From a virus (taxonomy: Duplodnaviria; Caudoviricetes), in the IMG/VR virus record IMGVR_UViG_3300006133_000325: a stretch of DNA of 64,000 bases. One strand, given 5' to 3'. The translations under genes and the position numbers were made by a program. Of this stretch, positions 20,691 through 31,686 are shown one piece after another. Under the pieces are notes generated by a model that was not told where the DNA came from, did not search any database, and saw only the letters and a program-made list of their open reading frames with translations. Each line of letters begins with the position of its first letter. Within the stretch, counting starts at the first letter, position 1.

Positions 20691-20930
20691 TCACCCATTT
20701 AGGGAATATATACAGAAAGAAGGAATCACCAATCGTTTCTATTACAAAACTTGAATCACAAGAACTACAACAACTAGGTCATAAATTTGGATATGAAGGA
20801 ACGCTTCATCATTCTTATAGTAAACATCCAAAGTATTATCTAACAGAATCCAAAAAAGCATTATCTGATTTAGAAGAAGTTCGCAAAGCACGAAAACTAC
20901 AAGAAAATACAGGAAAGGCGGCGCATCCAA

Positions 20931-22373
20931 ATCAGCAAAAAGAAAAAGGACATAACACTTGAAGTAGTTGGCGGCAATGCCACTGGTGTTACTGGAAGTT
21001 GTACCAAAGTTGAATTCTCTGGACGTACTATCTTATTTGAACTTGGAATGATACAAGATAACAATACCATACTTGGTAATTACCGAGATAACTGTGATAT
21101 TTTCAATCGTATTAAGCCAAAAAACATTGAAATGGTCATAATTGGACATTGCCATTGTGATCATATAGGTTTAATCCCTATGTTATTTGCACGTGGAAAT
21201 TCTGATGCAAAAATCATAGTTCCAAAAGGAAGTTCTTGCATTTTAAAGGAAATGTGGTTAGATTGTGCTTATATTTGTGAGAGAGACTGCGAAGTATTGA
21301 ATCATAAAGGGCATAAATCCTATACCCCACTTTATACACAAAACGAAGTAGAAATTGCATTAAAAAATATTGTGGAACTTGAGATTGGAAAAATAATAGA
21401 TATTGATGAAAATATTGCTATTCGATATACTCCTGCAGGACATATATTAAAGTCTTGTCAAACAGAACTATTTATAAATAGTTCTTCTCATACAAAGAAA
21501 ATCTATTTTTCTTCTGATCTTGGTAATAGACAAATAGAAGACAAAAAAGTCTTTGTTGAAAAATTTCAGCCTGTAACCAGCGCAACTATATCTATTGTAG
21601 AATCCACATACGGAAAACGAAATAGATCTGTCACAAAAAAAGAAATTGAATTAGATCGTCGGAAAATGAAGTCTGTTATCCAGGAATTTTGTATAAGCAG
21701 AAACCGCCGTGTTTTAATTCCAACCTTTTCTTTGGATCGAATGCCTTTTATTTTATGGGAGCTATTTCAATTGTTTGGTCACGACGAATCATTTCACATA
21801 CCAGTTCTGGTAGATAGCCCACTTGCCAATAGATTATTAGACTGCTACTCTTCTATTCTAACAAATGAAATCAAAAAACAGTTTGATCAAATGATAGCAT
21901 GGAAAAATATTCAGAGGATTATTTCATCAGAAGATAGCAAAGCAGCAATCCTTGATAAAAGAGCAAAGATTATATGCTCCTCTTCTGGAATGCTTACTGC
22001 CGGAAGGAGTGTTAAATGGGTACAAAGTATCCTTCCTAATGAAAATGACTGTATCTTATTTGTTGGATATGCTGGTTTGGATACTTTAGCTGGACATATC
22101 AAGCATGGAAATGGGCAAAAAACCATTACCATAAATGGAAAACCCTATAAAAACAAAGCTACTCTAGTTGATTTAACCTCCTACAGTAGTCATATGCAGC
22201 ATAACGACTTAGTTCAATACTATAAAAACCTAAACTGTGAAAAAATCTATCTTGTGCATGGAGATAAAACAGCACGAATGGAATTAAAGGAAGATTTAGA
22301 AAGAGCATTAGCAGCTTGTTATAAATCAACAAAAGTGCTTATTGTAAATAAAGGAACAAAAATTTCGCTATAA
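20931..22373 (+). CDS. MBL-fold/beta-CASP metallo-hydrolase
   Basis: HCHCDH, AGH, ESTYG, SSGM, YSSH, LVHG; frame extends to ATC 20931 and includes VTGSC. Confidence 0.88.
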   Translation: MSKKKKDITLEVVGGNATGVTGSCTKVEFSGRTILFELGMIQDNNTILGNYRDNCDIFNRIKPKNIEMVIIGHCHCDHIGLIPMLFARGNSDAKIIVPKGSSCILKEMWLDCAYICERDCEVLNHKGHKSYTPLYTQNEVEIALKNIVELEIGKIIDIDENIAIRYTPAGHILKSCQTELFINSSSHTKKIYFSSDLGNRQIEDKKVFVEKFQPVTSATISIVESTYGKRNRSVTKKEIELDRRKMKSVIQEFCISRNRRVLIPTFSLDRMPFILWELFQLFGHDESFHIPVLVDSPLANRLLDCYSSILTNEIKKQFDQMIAWKNIQRIISSEDSKAAILDKRAKIICSSSGMLTAGRSVKWVQSILPNENDCILFVGYAGLDTLAGHIKHGNGQKTITINGKPYKNKATLVDLTSYSSHMQHNDLVQYYKNLNCEKIYLVHGDKTARMELKEDLERALAACYKSTKVLIVNKGTKISL

Positions 22374-22377
22374 AGGA

Positions 22378-22995
22378 GTGTTTTACATCGAGGAATTATT
22401 ATTTTCATTAACTGACGAGGATTGTATTTACAACGAAATTATTAAGAAAAATTTGAATGATAGACGCATCGTCATTAACCAGGAAATCACGGATGATCTG
22501 TTAGAAAATATTGTCCTTATGATTTTAAATTGGAATGCAGATGACAAAAATATTCCAGTTGATAAACGTAAGAAAATATATCTTTATATTAACAGTGACG
22601 GCGGAGATTGCGTTATGGGTATGCAAATTCTAAGTGCAATTAAGTATTCTGCTACTCCCGTTGTTACCGTTGGATTTGCTAAGTGTGCTTCTATGGCTAG
22701 TTATATTTTGGCAGCCGGAGCAACAAGATATTGCTTTCCTAATACTGTTGTACTATATCATGATGGTACAACTGGATATGTCTCTAGCGGCAACAAAGGA
22801 AAGGATATCCAAAAATTCTATGATGAATTAGATGAACGTATGACAAAATTCATGGTGGAACATACTTCTATGACAGATGAATTTATTTCTAAAATTAAGG
22901 ATCGTGAGTATTATATGTTCGCAGAAGAAGCAAAGGAACATGGTATTATAGATTTTATTATTGGTGTAGATTGCCAATTAGAAGAAATCCTATAA
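22378..22995 (+). CDS. ClpP-family protease
   Basis: LYINSDGG, CASMAS (catalytic Ser), LYHD, AEEAKEHGIID. Confidence 0.9.
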   Translation: MFYIEELLFSLTDEDCIYNEIIKKNLNDRRIVINQEITDDLLENIVLMILNWNADDKNIPVDKRKKIYLYINSDGGDCVMGMQILSAIKYSATPVVTVGFAKCASMASYILAAGATRYCFPNTVVLYHDGTTGYVSSGNKGKDIQKFYDELDERMTKFMVEHTSMTDEFISKIKDREYYMFAEEAKEHGIIDFIIGVDCQLEEIL

Positions 22996-23033
22996 TCAAA
23001 TTATTATTGTATAAAAGTTTGTTTAACTATTAA

Positions 23034-23252
23034 ATGGAGGATTTTATGGCTAATTTTTCATATAAACGTACAGAAACTACTACAATGAAGGTTGCAGGAA
23101 TTTTTGATGCAAAAAGAATGGTAATTGACGTAGATGGAGAAGAAAAACCCCTTTCTACTCTTCTATCTGATTTTGATGGAGGAGCCATTGAAGTAAACAT
23201 CAAAGTAAAGAACGAAGAAGATTTAATAGAACCTGCTCCTGAAGCTGAGTAA
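23034..23252 (+). CDS. Small acidic protein, YonK-like
   Basis: Size and position before the phosphoesterase, as in SPbeta. Confidence 0.45.
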   Translation: MEDFMANFSYKRTETTTMKVAGIFDAKRMVIDVDGEEKPLSTLLSDFDGGAIEVNIKVKNEEDLIEPAPEAE

Positions 23253-23260
23253 GAAAGCTG

Positions 23261-24475
23261 GTGGAAACAATTATAAATTTACATAAATCACACAACGAAA
23301 ACGAAGAAGAATATTTGTGGCGGCTTGGACAGGCAAAAGATTCTGGGCTTTTAGATATGGACTGGAACGAACTAGCAGACACCATAAACAAAGAATTGGG
23401 AAATGATGAGAAACCATATTCTGAGGCAGCATTTCGCAAACCATATCAATCTGCTAAAAGATTTTATGAAGCTGGTGTTTTTACTCCTAAAACAGAGGAG
23501 CATTACATAAAAAAATTAAAAGTTCAAAAACAAGAACTTGAAAAAGAAAAGGTAAAGATTCGGGACGAGCGAAACGAATTACGTCGTGTTATTAGAGAAG
23601 AGGCTCGTAAAGAAAGTTATCAGGAGCAACTTTTACGAAGCATTTCTGAATATCAAGGCAAACCACTTTCTTATGATGAGTCTAAAAAATTTAAAGGTGT
23701 TATAAAAACAGATAATGATATCGTATGTACTTTCTTTGATGTACATACAGGATTAAATATAAATAATCATTTTAACACTTTTAATGAAATAATCTTGAAA
23801 AATAGAATCAATCAATATCTCGATAAAATTTTTGAAATTTATGTACGTCATAGCTCTGAGAATATCAGTGTTATTTTAAGTGAGTTAGTTAGTGGCATTA
23901 TTCATCTTGCACTTCGCATTGAAAATAATCAAAACTTAATTGAACAATTTTTAACTATTACAGATTATATTTCTCAATTCCTTGCAGAATTGAGTTACCG
24001 TTTTAACACTGTAAATGTATATGTATGTCCTGGGAACCATTCCAGATGCCAAGCAAAAAGGGAAGATAATATGCGTGGTGAAAATATGGACTTATTAGCT
24101 ATTCCATATTTACAGGCAAAACTACAAAATTTCTATAATATAAAATTCCACGAAAACACAATAGACTCTTCCATCGCAATGTTTAGTGTACGTGGTCAGA
24201 AAATTTTTAGTGTTCATGGTGATAAAGATTCTTTAAAATCTGTTGTACAAAAACTTACTATGTATACCACTATAAAACCAGATATTATTTATATGGGACA
24301 CCAACATACAAATGCAATGTTTACTTCCTATGACACAAAGGTATTGCAGGCAGGATGTTTCTCTGGCGGTGGAGATGAATATTGCTTAGATAAAAGATTA
24401 AGAAATAAGGCAGAACAAATCATATCTGTTATTACAGATAAAGGATTGGACTGTATTTATGACGTGAAATTTTGA
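23261..24475 (+). CDS. Metallophosphoesterase-fold protein
   Basis: DVH, PGNH, HGD, GHQH motifs. Confidence 0.8.
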   Translation: METIINLHKSHNENEEEYLWRLGQAKDSGLLDMDWNELADTINKELGNDEKPYSEAAFRKPYQSAKRFYEAGVFTPKTEEHYIKKLKVQKQELEKEKVKIRDERNELRRVIREEARKESYQEQLLRSISEYQGKPLSYDESKKFKGVIKTDNDIVCTFFDVHTGLNINNHFNTFNEIILKNRINQYLDKIFEIYVRHSSENISVILSELVSGIIHLALRIENNQNLIEQFLTITDYISQFLAELSYRFNTVNVYVCPGNHSRCQAKREDNMRGENMDLLAIPYLQAKLQNFYNIKFHENTIDSSIAMFSVRGQKIFSVHGDKDSLKSVVQKLTMYTTIKPDIIYMGHQHTNAMFTSYDTKVLQAGCFSGGGDEYCLDKRLRNKAEQIISVITDKGLDCIYDVKF

Positions 24476-24509
24476 TTAAAATATAAAAACAAAAGGAGAA
24501 TATAAAATT

Positions 24510-24806
24510 ATGACAAAGACGGAACTGATTACAAATATTACAAATACATTAGAGAAAAACGGAGAAAAAATGGCTAAAGCAAAAGTTATCGCTGTATTAG
24601 ATGCTTTGGAAGTCGTAACAAGAGAAGCCATATTAAAAGGAGAATCTGTCACCGTGCCTGGTATTTGCAAGATTGACAGTAAAATCGTAGCTGCGCGAAC
24701 AGGAATTGTAATGATGGGAGACAATAAAGGCAGTACTTGGACAAAGCCAGAGCATAAAGCTGTCACTGTCAAACCAGTAAGTACCTTGAAAAAGGTATTT
24801 GAATAA
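24510..24806 (+). CDS. HU-family DNA-binding protein
   Basis: MTKTELI..GESVTVPG..AARTG..KPVSTLK. Confidence 0.88.
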   Translation: MTKTELITNITNTLEKNGEKMAKAKVIAVLDALEVVTREAILKGESVTVPGICKIDSKIVAARTGIVMMGDNKGSTWTKPEHKAVTVKPVSTLKKVFE

Positions 24807-24811
24807 TTTGA

Positions 24812-25426
24812 TTGGTGGTGACATCAATGAAACAACAAGTTTTTTCTAGCTTTAGAGATTTTGTCAAAACTGTTTCTAATACGTATCAATCAATATCAGA
24901 TGATGAAGATATTTCTATTATTGCAAAATACGATGAGGCACAAGAAATCTTATATGAACTATCTTGCTTAAATTATAGACTTATATTTGTAGAGTTTGAA
25001 CATCCTAAATATAGTAATTACAATGATGAATATATTATCTCTATTTTTGAAAATCAAATTTGGTGTGAAAAAATGAAACGAAATAGAGAATATTTAAATG
25101 ACGATTCATTTATAATCTATGTTTTAGACAACTGCTCTTCTACCTGTTTAAAATATTTATCAGATAAAACCATATATGAAGTCAGTATCAGAAATACAGA
25201 AGATTCTAATTCGGTTAAAGGAACTGCGGAGTGTGCTTGTACTGAGAATGAATGTAACTCTAAACATAGCGTCGTTAATCGGGATAAAAATGGAAAAGTA
25301 AAAGGATTCCGTAAATCTTGGACAAGTACGCATGATGGTATAACCAAACATGAAAGTTATAGCTATTATAGTAATAATGCAAAGACTTTAGAAGAAATGG
25401 CAAAATTTTTCGGAATTGAATTGTAA
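24812..25426 (+). CDS. Hypothetical phage protein
   Basis: In-operon ORF. Confidence 0.55.
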   Translation: MVVTSMKQQVFSSFRDFVKTVSNTYQSISDDEDISIIAKYDEAQEILYELSCLNYRLIFVEFEHPKYSNYNDEYIISIFENQIWCEKMKRNREYLNDDSFIIYVLDNCSSTCLKYLSDKTIYEVSIRNTEDSNSVKGTAECACTENECNSKHSVVNRDKNGKVKGFRKSWTSTHDGITKHESYSYYSNNAKTLEEMAKFFGIEL

Positions 25427-25555
25427 TTAAGATAAGCGTAGGATTTACTACTGTCATAGGTAGCAAATCCTTTAAAATAACTATCTATCAATATATTAGT
25501 TAGTTAAAAAATAAGTAATATTGCAGATTGATAAAATCTGCATAATATACAATCA

Positions 25556-26584
25556 TCTGCCAGTGATGAAGCTGGCTACAAATAGAACGGAAAGACCATT
25601 GTGGAAGGAATGCGTAGGGTATGCTCCTACCGCCACAGCAATGGAGAGACTTGTCGGATAATTACCGACCCTCTCCTTTTACTAGAAAATATTTTTAGAA
25701 AAGGAGAAATAAAAATGGATGAAATTTTAAAAGTAAATTATGACACAGAACAACCAACAGTATCAGCGAGAGATCTACACAAAGCACTTGGAATTGAAAA
25801 GCGGTTCAGTGCATGGTTTGAAACCAATTCACAAGGATTTGTTGAAAATGAAGACTTCAAAGGTGTGTACCTACAGGTACAGAGCAACCAATACGGTGGA
25901 ACAAAGAATTTACAGGATTATGAAATGTCCGTTGACATGGCAAAACACATCTGTCTTATGAGTCGCACAGAAAAAGGTAAACAATGCCGTCAGTATCTTA
26001 TTGATTTAGAGAAAGCATGGAATACTCCAGAACAAGTTATGGCAAGAGCATTAAAACTTGCAGATAAAACAATCGAAACACTAAAACTGACTATAGAAGA
26101 ACAACGTCCTCTTGTTGATTTTGCGAATAAAGTTTCTGATAGTAGCAACCTAATTGATATGGGAAAAATGGCTAAGTTGTTAAAGGATGAGCATATCAAT
26201 ATTGGACGCAATAGGTTGTTTAATTGGCTTAGAAAAAAGGAAATTTTAATGAAAAATAATATGCCTTATCAAAGATATATCGATGGTGAATATTTTCAAA
26301 TCAAGAAATCCGTATATGAAACTGCATATGGAACTAAGACGCAACAAACAACATATGTTACAGGACGTGGACAAATATACATAACAGAGAAGTTAAGAAA
26401 AGAATATAAATAATAAAGTCATATACTTGATGTTAAATAAAATCTTAATTATCCATTTTTACAGAGATATATACGTGGTGAAAGTTGCGTGTCTGCCAGT
26501 GACGAGGCTGGCTACAAATAAAACGGAAAGACCATTGTGGAAAGGAATATGTAGGGTATACTCCTACTGCCACAGCAATGGAGA
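25556..26584 (+). repeat. Duplicated ~92-nt structured leader (25556-25647, 26492-26584; partial copy 27464-27513)
   Basis: tctgccagtga..ccacagcaatggaga near-identical upstream of antirepressor genes. Confidence 0.8.
25715..26413 (+). CDS. AntA/AntB plus KilAC antirepressor
   Basis: VSARDLHKAL..DMAKHICL; IGRNRLFNWLR..VTGRGQ. Confidence 0.9.
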   Translation: MDEILKVNYDTEQPTVSARDLHKALGIEKRFSAWFETNSQGFVENEDFKGVYLQVQSNQYGGTKNLQDYEMSVDMAKHICLMSRTEKGKQCRQYLIDLEKAWNTPEQVMARALKLADKTIETLKLTIEEQRPLVDFANKVSDSSNLIDMGKMAKLLKDEHINIGRNRLFNWLRKKEILMKNNMPYQRYIDGEYFQIKKSVYETAYGTKTQQTTYVTGRGQIYITEKLRKEYK

Positions 26585-26658
26585 ACGCTCATGTCGTGAG
26601 ACAGCAATAAGTCGTTCTCCTTTTGATAAAAAATAATATTTCAAAAGGAGAAATAAAA

Positions 26659-27456
26659 ATGGATGAAATTGTATTACAAAACAAAAATGGTAAAGTTTTA
26701 GCAAGTAGTAGAGATGTTGCTAAGAAGTTCGGGAAAAGACACGCTGAAGTTATTTATGCAATTGAAGGACGAGTTGATAGCAATGGAAACCTTAAAAATA
26801 ATGGACTTTTAATGAGTGGGATTTCCCAACTATCTCAAATGTTTATTAAATCTGAATATAAGGATTCAATGAACCGTGAAAAGTATGAATATCTTATGGA
26901 TCGTGATGGATTTTCTTTATTAGTAATGGGATTTACAGGGAAAAATGCTTTAGAATGGAAACTAAAATACATAGAAGCATTCAATAAAATGGAAGAAAAA
27001 CTAAAATCAGGCGATTATCTTTCTAAAGAAGAAAAACTTAAACTTCAACTTTTTAGCAAAGATCCAGTAGAAGTCGCATCGGCACATAAGAAACTTGTTG
27101 AGTTAGAAGTAAGCAAGGCTACTGCTCCACTCATCCCAAAGGCAGAATTTCATGATGCTATAAGTGTCGCTGAAAATTGTATCAATTTTGGGAAATTCGC
27201 TGCCACATTTCAAAACAATACTAAAATTTCTTTTGGCAGGAATAAAATTATGGATTGGTGTAGAGAGCATGAATATTTATGTTCTAGTTATAGCCTAAAG
27301 AACAAACCATCACAGGAAATGATTGATAGTGGATATATGAAATATAAAGAAAGTACAAATGAACGGGATGGAAAACAGTATATTTCGTATACGCCTCTAT
27401 TAACAGGTAAAGGTCAGATCTGGCTAACGAGAAAACTAATTGAATACTTTAAATAA
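26659..27456 (+). CDS. Rha plus KilAC regulatory protein
   Basis: SSRDVAKKFGKRH..MDRDGFSLLVMGFTG..WKLKYIEAFNKME; TGKGQ. Confidence 0.9.
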   Translation: MDEIVLQNKNGKVLASSRDVAKKFGKRHAEVIYAIEGRVDSNGNLKNNGLLMSGISQLSQMFIKSEYKDSMNREKYEYLMDRDGFSLLVMGFTGKNALEWKLKYIEAFNKMEEKLKSGDYLSKEEKLKLQLFSKDPVEVASAHKKLVELEVSKATAPLIPKAEFHDAISVAENCINFGKFAATFQNNTKISFGRNKIMDWCREHEYLCSSYSLKNKPSQEMIDSGYMKYKESTNERDGKQYISYTPLLTGKGQIWLTRKLIEYFK

Positions 27457-27801
27457 AATTTATAGAGATATATACACGGTGAAAGTTGTGTGTCTACCAG
27501 TGATGAGGTTGGTTAGCTATTCCACATAAGATAACAATTCTATTATTAGAAAAGAAAATATAAAGAGAATATATTATTAACGATTATGAGAGAACCATCA
27601 GTTTCACTAACTGGTAATCGTATTAGTGGTAAACATGTGGACTTGCAAACCATATGGAGTAGGTGACTCCGACCTACTCTTCCACTATTGTTGATGCGGA
27701 GCAGTTTTACTCACTATGGGAGGAATAAAAAGTGAAAGATGAAACAAAATGGTACAGGTGTACTACAAGAGAAGAAATGGTATTGTTAGTAGCTATTGGG
27801 T

Positions 27802-28569
27802 ATGAATGAATTAGAAATTTTTAAAAATGAAAAATTTGGCGAGATTAGAACAGTAACTATTGATAATGAACCGTGGTTTGTGGGGAAGGATATTGCTTTA
27901 GCATTGGGATATGGAAAAGGAAAATCCTTGAATAATGCTGTTGCTAATCATGTAGATGAGGATGATAAAGGTGTCACTGAAATAATGACCCCTGGTGGGG
28001 AACAAAAGATGATTATCATTAACGAATCCGGATTATATAGCCTTATCCTTTCGAGTAAACTTCCTAATACTAAAAAATTTAAGCATTGGATTACTTCAGA
28101 AGTTCTACCATCAATTCGTAAACATGGTGCTTATATGGACGATGAAGTCATAGAACGGACATTAACTGATCCAGATTATCTCATTCGATTAGCAACTGCA
28201 TTAAAAGAAGAACGTCAGGCAAGAAAAGCTGCAGAACAAACTCTTGAGCAACAAAAACCACTTGTTGAGTTTGCAAATCAGGTGTCTGATACAAAGGATC
28301 TGATCGATATGAAAACTATGGCAAAATTGCTCAAATATAAAGATATTGATATTGGAAGAAACCGACTATTTGACTTTTTAAGACACCGCAAAATTCTGAT
28401 GAATGACAATCAACCATATCAGGAATATGTTGATGCTGGATATTTCAAAGTCAATGAATATACTTATACAAATACGTTTGGTCAAACAAAAACCAATAGG
28501 CAAACTCTTATTACTGGAAAGGGGCAATTATATATTGCTAAGAAAGTAAGAGACTATATGAGAAAATAA
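27802..28569 (+). CDS. Bro-N plus KilAC antirepressor
   Basis: EPWFVGKD..INESGLYSLILSS..EVLPSIRKHG; TGKGQ. Confidence 0.92.
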   Translation: MNELEIFKNEKFGEIRTVTIDNEPWFVGKDIALALGYGKGKSLNNAVANHVDEDDKGVTEIMTPGGEQKMIIINESGLYSLILSSKLPNTKKFKHWITSEVLPSIRKHGAYMDDEVIERTLTDPDYLIRLATALKEERQARKAAEQTLEQQKPLVEFANQVSDTKDLIDMKTMAKLLKYKDIDIGRNRLFDFLRHRKILMNDNQPYQEYVDAGYFKVNEYTYTNTFGQTKTNRQTLITGKGQLYIAKKVRDYMRK

Positions 28570-28652
28570 AATGGAAGAATGTACTCCCTAATCATCTAAA
28601 GAAATGTAATAAATATGAGAGTTTGATATAATTTCCAAATAAAAAAAGGTAG

Positions 28653-29831
28653 GTGGTAATAATAGCAACTACTAAAACACAAAAAAATCAAACCCAATGT
28701 TGTACTTCTTGTAGTAAAGAATTACCACTTAAAGATTTTTACATTAGTAAAAGCCCAATGTTTGCTTTATACGGCAGGGTTCCTATTTGTAAAAATTGTG
28801 TAATAAATAATTCCTTGAACAAAGATAGTACAATAAACGAGCTGCTATTAAATAAAATACTAAGACAAATAGATAAGCCTTATTATAAAGACTGTATAGA
28901 ATCCGCAAAAAATCAATTTAAAAAAGAAAATTCTTATATTGAAGATAACGACATTAAATTTTATGGGAAAGAAATTTTGCAAATTTATTTTAAAAATATC
29001 GCAATGAGACAAGATATCGGCAAGTCTTATGATGATTCTGAAAAGGAAGGTTTTATTCATCATAAAAGTCATTCATCTATTAGCGTAAAAAGGCAAATTG
29101 CCCAAAAATATGATGATATACAATCCAATAAAAATCAAGAAAAACAAACATCCAATACTGAATCAAATACAGATATAAAATGGACAAAAAAAGATAAACA
29201 AAACATGAAATATGTTATTTCCGTCATTGGATACGATCCTTTTGAAGACGTTGGATTATCTGAATCTGATAAAAGATATTGTTTTAATATTCTATCTGGT
29301 TATTGTGATACAGAGGGAATTACAGAAGATGGACATAAATTACAAAGCGTAATTGAAATGACAATGCTTTATTATCAATGTAAAAAAATAACAGAAACGA
29401 TGAATTTAGAACTTGAAAAAGATCTCCCTAATGATATGACGCTTCAGAAATTAACCTCGTCAAAAGCCTCTCTCCTATCTGCTATCAATGCAATTGCAAA
29501 AGACAATAATATTTCTTCTAATTATAATAAAAATTCTAAACAAGGTCAAAGTTCTTTAACTTCTAAAATGAAAGAAATGGCAGAAAACGGTTTTCAGGAA
29601 ATTGGCGTAAACTTATTTGATATAAAAACAAGTGAAGCATTTCGCCAAATTGATGAAATCAGTAATTCCAATATAGCAAATCAATTAATGTTAGACAACA
29701 ATGAATATACCGAGATAGTCAAAGAACAACGTGACATAATTCAAAAATATGATAAAGAGCTAGAGGAATTAAAAGAAGAAAATCGTATTCTAAAAAATAA
29801 AATTATAGACCTAGAGAACAAAAAGAGGTAA
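28653..29831 (+). CDS. Zn-finger protein upstream of terminase (possible small subunit)
   Basis: CTSC..CKNC; position before TerL. Confidence 0.55.
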   Translation: MVIIATTKTQKNQTQCCTSCSKELPLKDFYISKSPMFALYGRVPICKNCVINNSLNKDSTINELLLNKILRQIDKPYYKDCIESAKNQFKKENSYIEDNDIKFYGKEILQIYFKNIAMRQDIGKSYDDSEKEGFIHHKSHSSISVKRQIAQKYDDIQSNKNQEKQTSNTESNTDIKWTKKDKQNMKYVISVIGYDPFEDVGLSESDKRYCFNILSGYCDTEGITEDGHKLQSVIEMTMLYYQCKKITETMNLELEKDLPNDMTLQKLTSSKASLLSAINAIAKDNNISSNYNKNSKQGQSSLTSKMKEMAENGFQEIGVNLFDIKTSEAFRQIDEISNSNIANQLMLDNNEYTEIVKEQRDIIQKYDKELEELKEENRILKNKIIDLENKKR

Positions 29832-29836
29832 TGTAA

Positions 29837-31681
29837 ATGGAAATATATAAGCCTCTATCGCACAAAGAACTAAGCCAAAAAAAATTAGAAGAATATAATA
29901 AAATGGCAAAAATCATACAATGGGGACGGAAGTTTCCTGTAAAATTTGCAGAACTATTCTTTGGATTAAAACTAATTGATTATCAAGCATATTGTTTTAT
30001 GCGTACCTGGGTATGCCAATTCGCTTTATGGGCGGAATGTCGCGGGGCGGGAAAAGATACTCTTGCCGCTGTTTACTATATGACCAGACTTCTTTTAATA
30101 CCAGATTATAGTTTATATATCAGCAGTAATACATATGCCCAAAGTGTAGAATCTTTTAATAAATTACGTGATATTGCTTTAAAAAGAATCCCATCTTTTG
30201 AAAGTGCTACTGATATATTTGCTAGGGAAGTTGACAAAACAGGTAGTAATAGTGAAACTGGATTTTTACAAGCCCCTACCTGCAAATTTAGATTATATAA
30301 TAATTCAAAAATGGAAGCACTCTCCTCTAACCTTGAGGCTATCCGAGGTAAACGTGGCGCAGTATGGTTTAACGAAACCGCATGGAAAACTGCAGAAGAA
30401 CTTGCCGTTGTAGAGAATTATATCAACGTAGATACCAGCTTCTCAACTTCTACAAAAAAAATAAAATATTATAAACCTCAACAAATGCCATTACAAATTT
30501 TATATACTTCTAGCGTTGGAGATGTGACATATCCATTCTTTGATAAATATAAAACATTCTATAAAAAAATGCTAATTGGAAACAAAAACTACTTCTGCTT
30601 TGATATCAATGCCTATGATATCTTAAACCATTCTACTATTGACGGAAAAGCTATTAAAGCTCATTTAACAGAAGAGCAAATTATAAAAGCTATTGAAGAA
30701 GATCCTGATAATGCAGATGTAGAATTATTCAATAAGTTTCGGAAAGGTGGAGGTCAGAATGCAGTTGTAACTATGGATGAGTTAATTCGTAACTCTTCTG
30801 TCCGAAAGCCACTCCTATATAATGATACCGGAAAGAAAAAATTTATTTTTTGTTACGATCCAGCGCGAAATTATGATGGTAGTGTTCTGGCAATTTTTCA
30901 AGTCATCAATGATAAAGAATTTGGATATAAATTACGTCTTGAAAACATTGTATCTATGGTTGATCAAAACACCAAAAATAAAACTCCTCTCCCTATGCCA
31001 GAGCAGCTAGACATTATCAAAGATTTAATGATGAAATACAATGGAGAACGGGCAGCAGAATGGGAAAATATCGAATTTTATATTGATGCTGGTTCCGGAG
31101 GCGGCGGTATTAGCGCAGTAGCAGATCAACTTATGGAAGATTGGTTTGATAAGTATGGTAAAAAACACCGTGGCATTATCGATCCAGAACATAAGCAATA
31201 TGAAACTGCAAGAAAAAAATATACGAATGCAATGCCAATCGTACATTTAGTGGATCCGCAAGGACATAAAAAAATCATGTACGATGCTATTTCAAAAATG
31301 GTAAAATTAAATCTTATAGAATTTACAGAATATGATAACAAAGAATATATTTTAATTGAAAATAAATCTGGAGGTTTTGATACTATACAACTTAGTTTTG
31401 AGGAAAAACTAGCTTTAACAAATATGAATCTAGCTAAAATGCAACTTTCTTATATGTGCCGCTATGACACACCAAATGGAGGTGTTCAATATGAGCTGGC
31501 AAAAGACAAAAAGAATATGCACGATGATATGGCGTACACGCTAGCAGAGGGTGGATACGCTCTTGCTATTTTAAGAAGAGAAGATTTATTAAAAAAGCCA
31601 AAATCAGCTAGCAGTAACATCTCAAATATCACTTCTCTCGCCAGAAAACCTAGATTATATTCTTATCAGGAAAGGCGGTGA
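29837..31681 (+). CDS. terL: Terminase large subunit
   Basis: Walker A CRGAGKD, IRGKRG..WFNE (atypical Walker B), nuclease YDPAR and HDDM. Confidence 0.88.
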   Translation: MEIYKPLSHKELSQKKLEEYNKMAKIIQWGRKFPVKFAELFFGLKLIDYQAYCFMRTWVCQFALWAECRGAGKDTLAAVYYMTRLLLIPDYSLYISSNTYAQSVESFNKLRDIALKRIPSFESATDIFAREVDKTGSNSETGFLQAPTCKFRLYNNSKMEALSSNLEAIRGKRGAVWFNETAWKTAEELAVVENYINVDTSFSTSTKKIKYYKPQQMPLQILYTSSVGDVTYPFFDKYKTFYKKMLIGNKNYFCFDINAYDILNHSTIDGKAIKAHLTEEQIIKAIEEDPDNADVELFNKFRKGGGQNAVVTMDELIRNSSVRKPLLYNDTGKKKFIFCYDPARNYDGSVLAIFQVINDKEFGYKLRLENIVSMVDQNTKNKTPLPMPEQLDIIKDLMMKYNGERAAEWENIEFYIDAGSGGGGISAVADQLMEDWFDKYGKKHRGIIDPEHKQYETARKKYTNAMPIVHLVDPQGHKKIMYDAISKMVKLNLIEFTEYDNKEYILIENKSGGFDTIQLSFEEKLALTNMNLAKMQLSYMCRYDTPNGGVQYELAKDKKNMHDDMAYTLAEGGYALAILRREDLLKKPKSASSNISNITSLARKPRLYSYQERR

Positions 31682-31686
31682 TTTAA

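Noticed and set aside
20488-20720. ORFs spanning the tRNA
   Set aside because: Overlap the tRNA; only the distal part of 20645-20962 may be a real small gene
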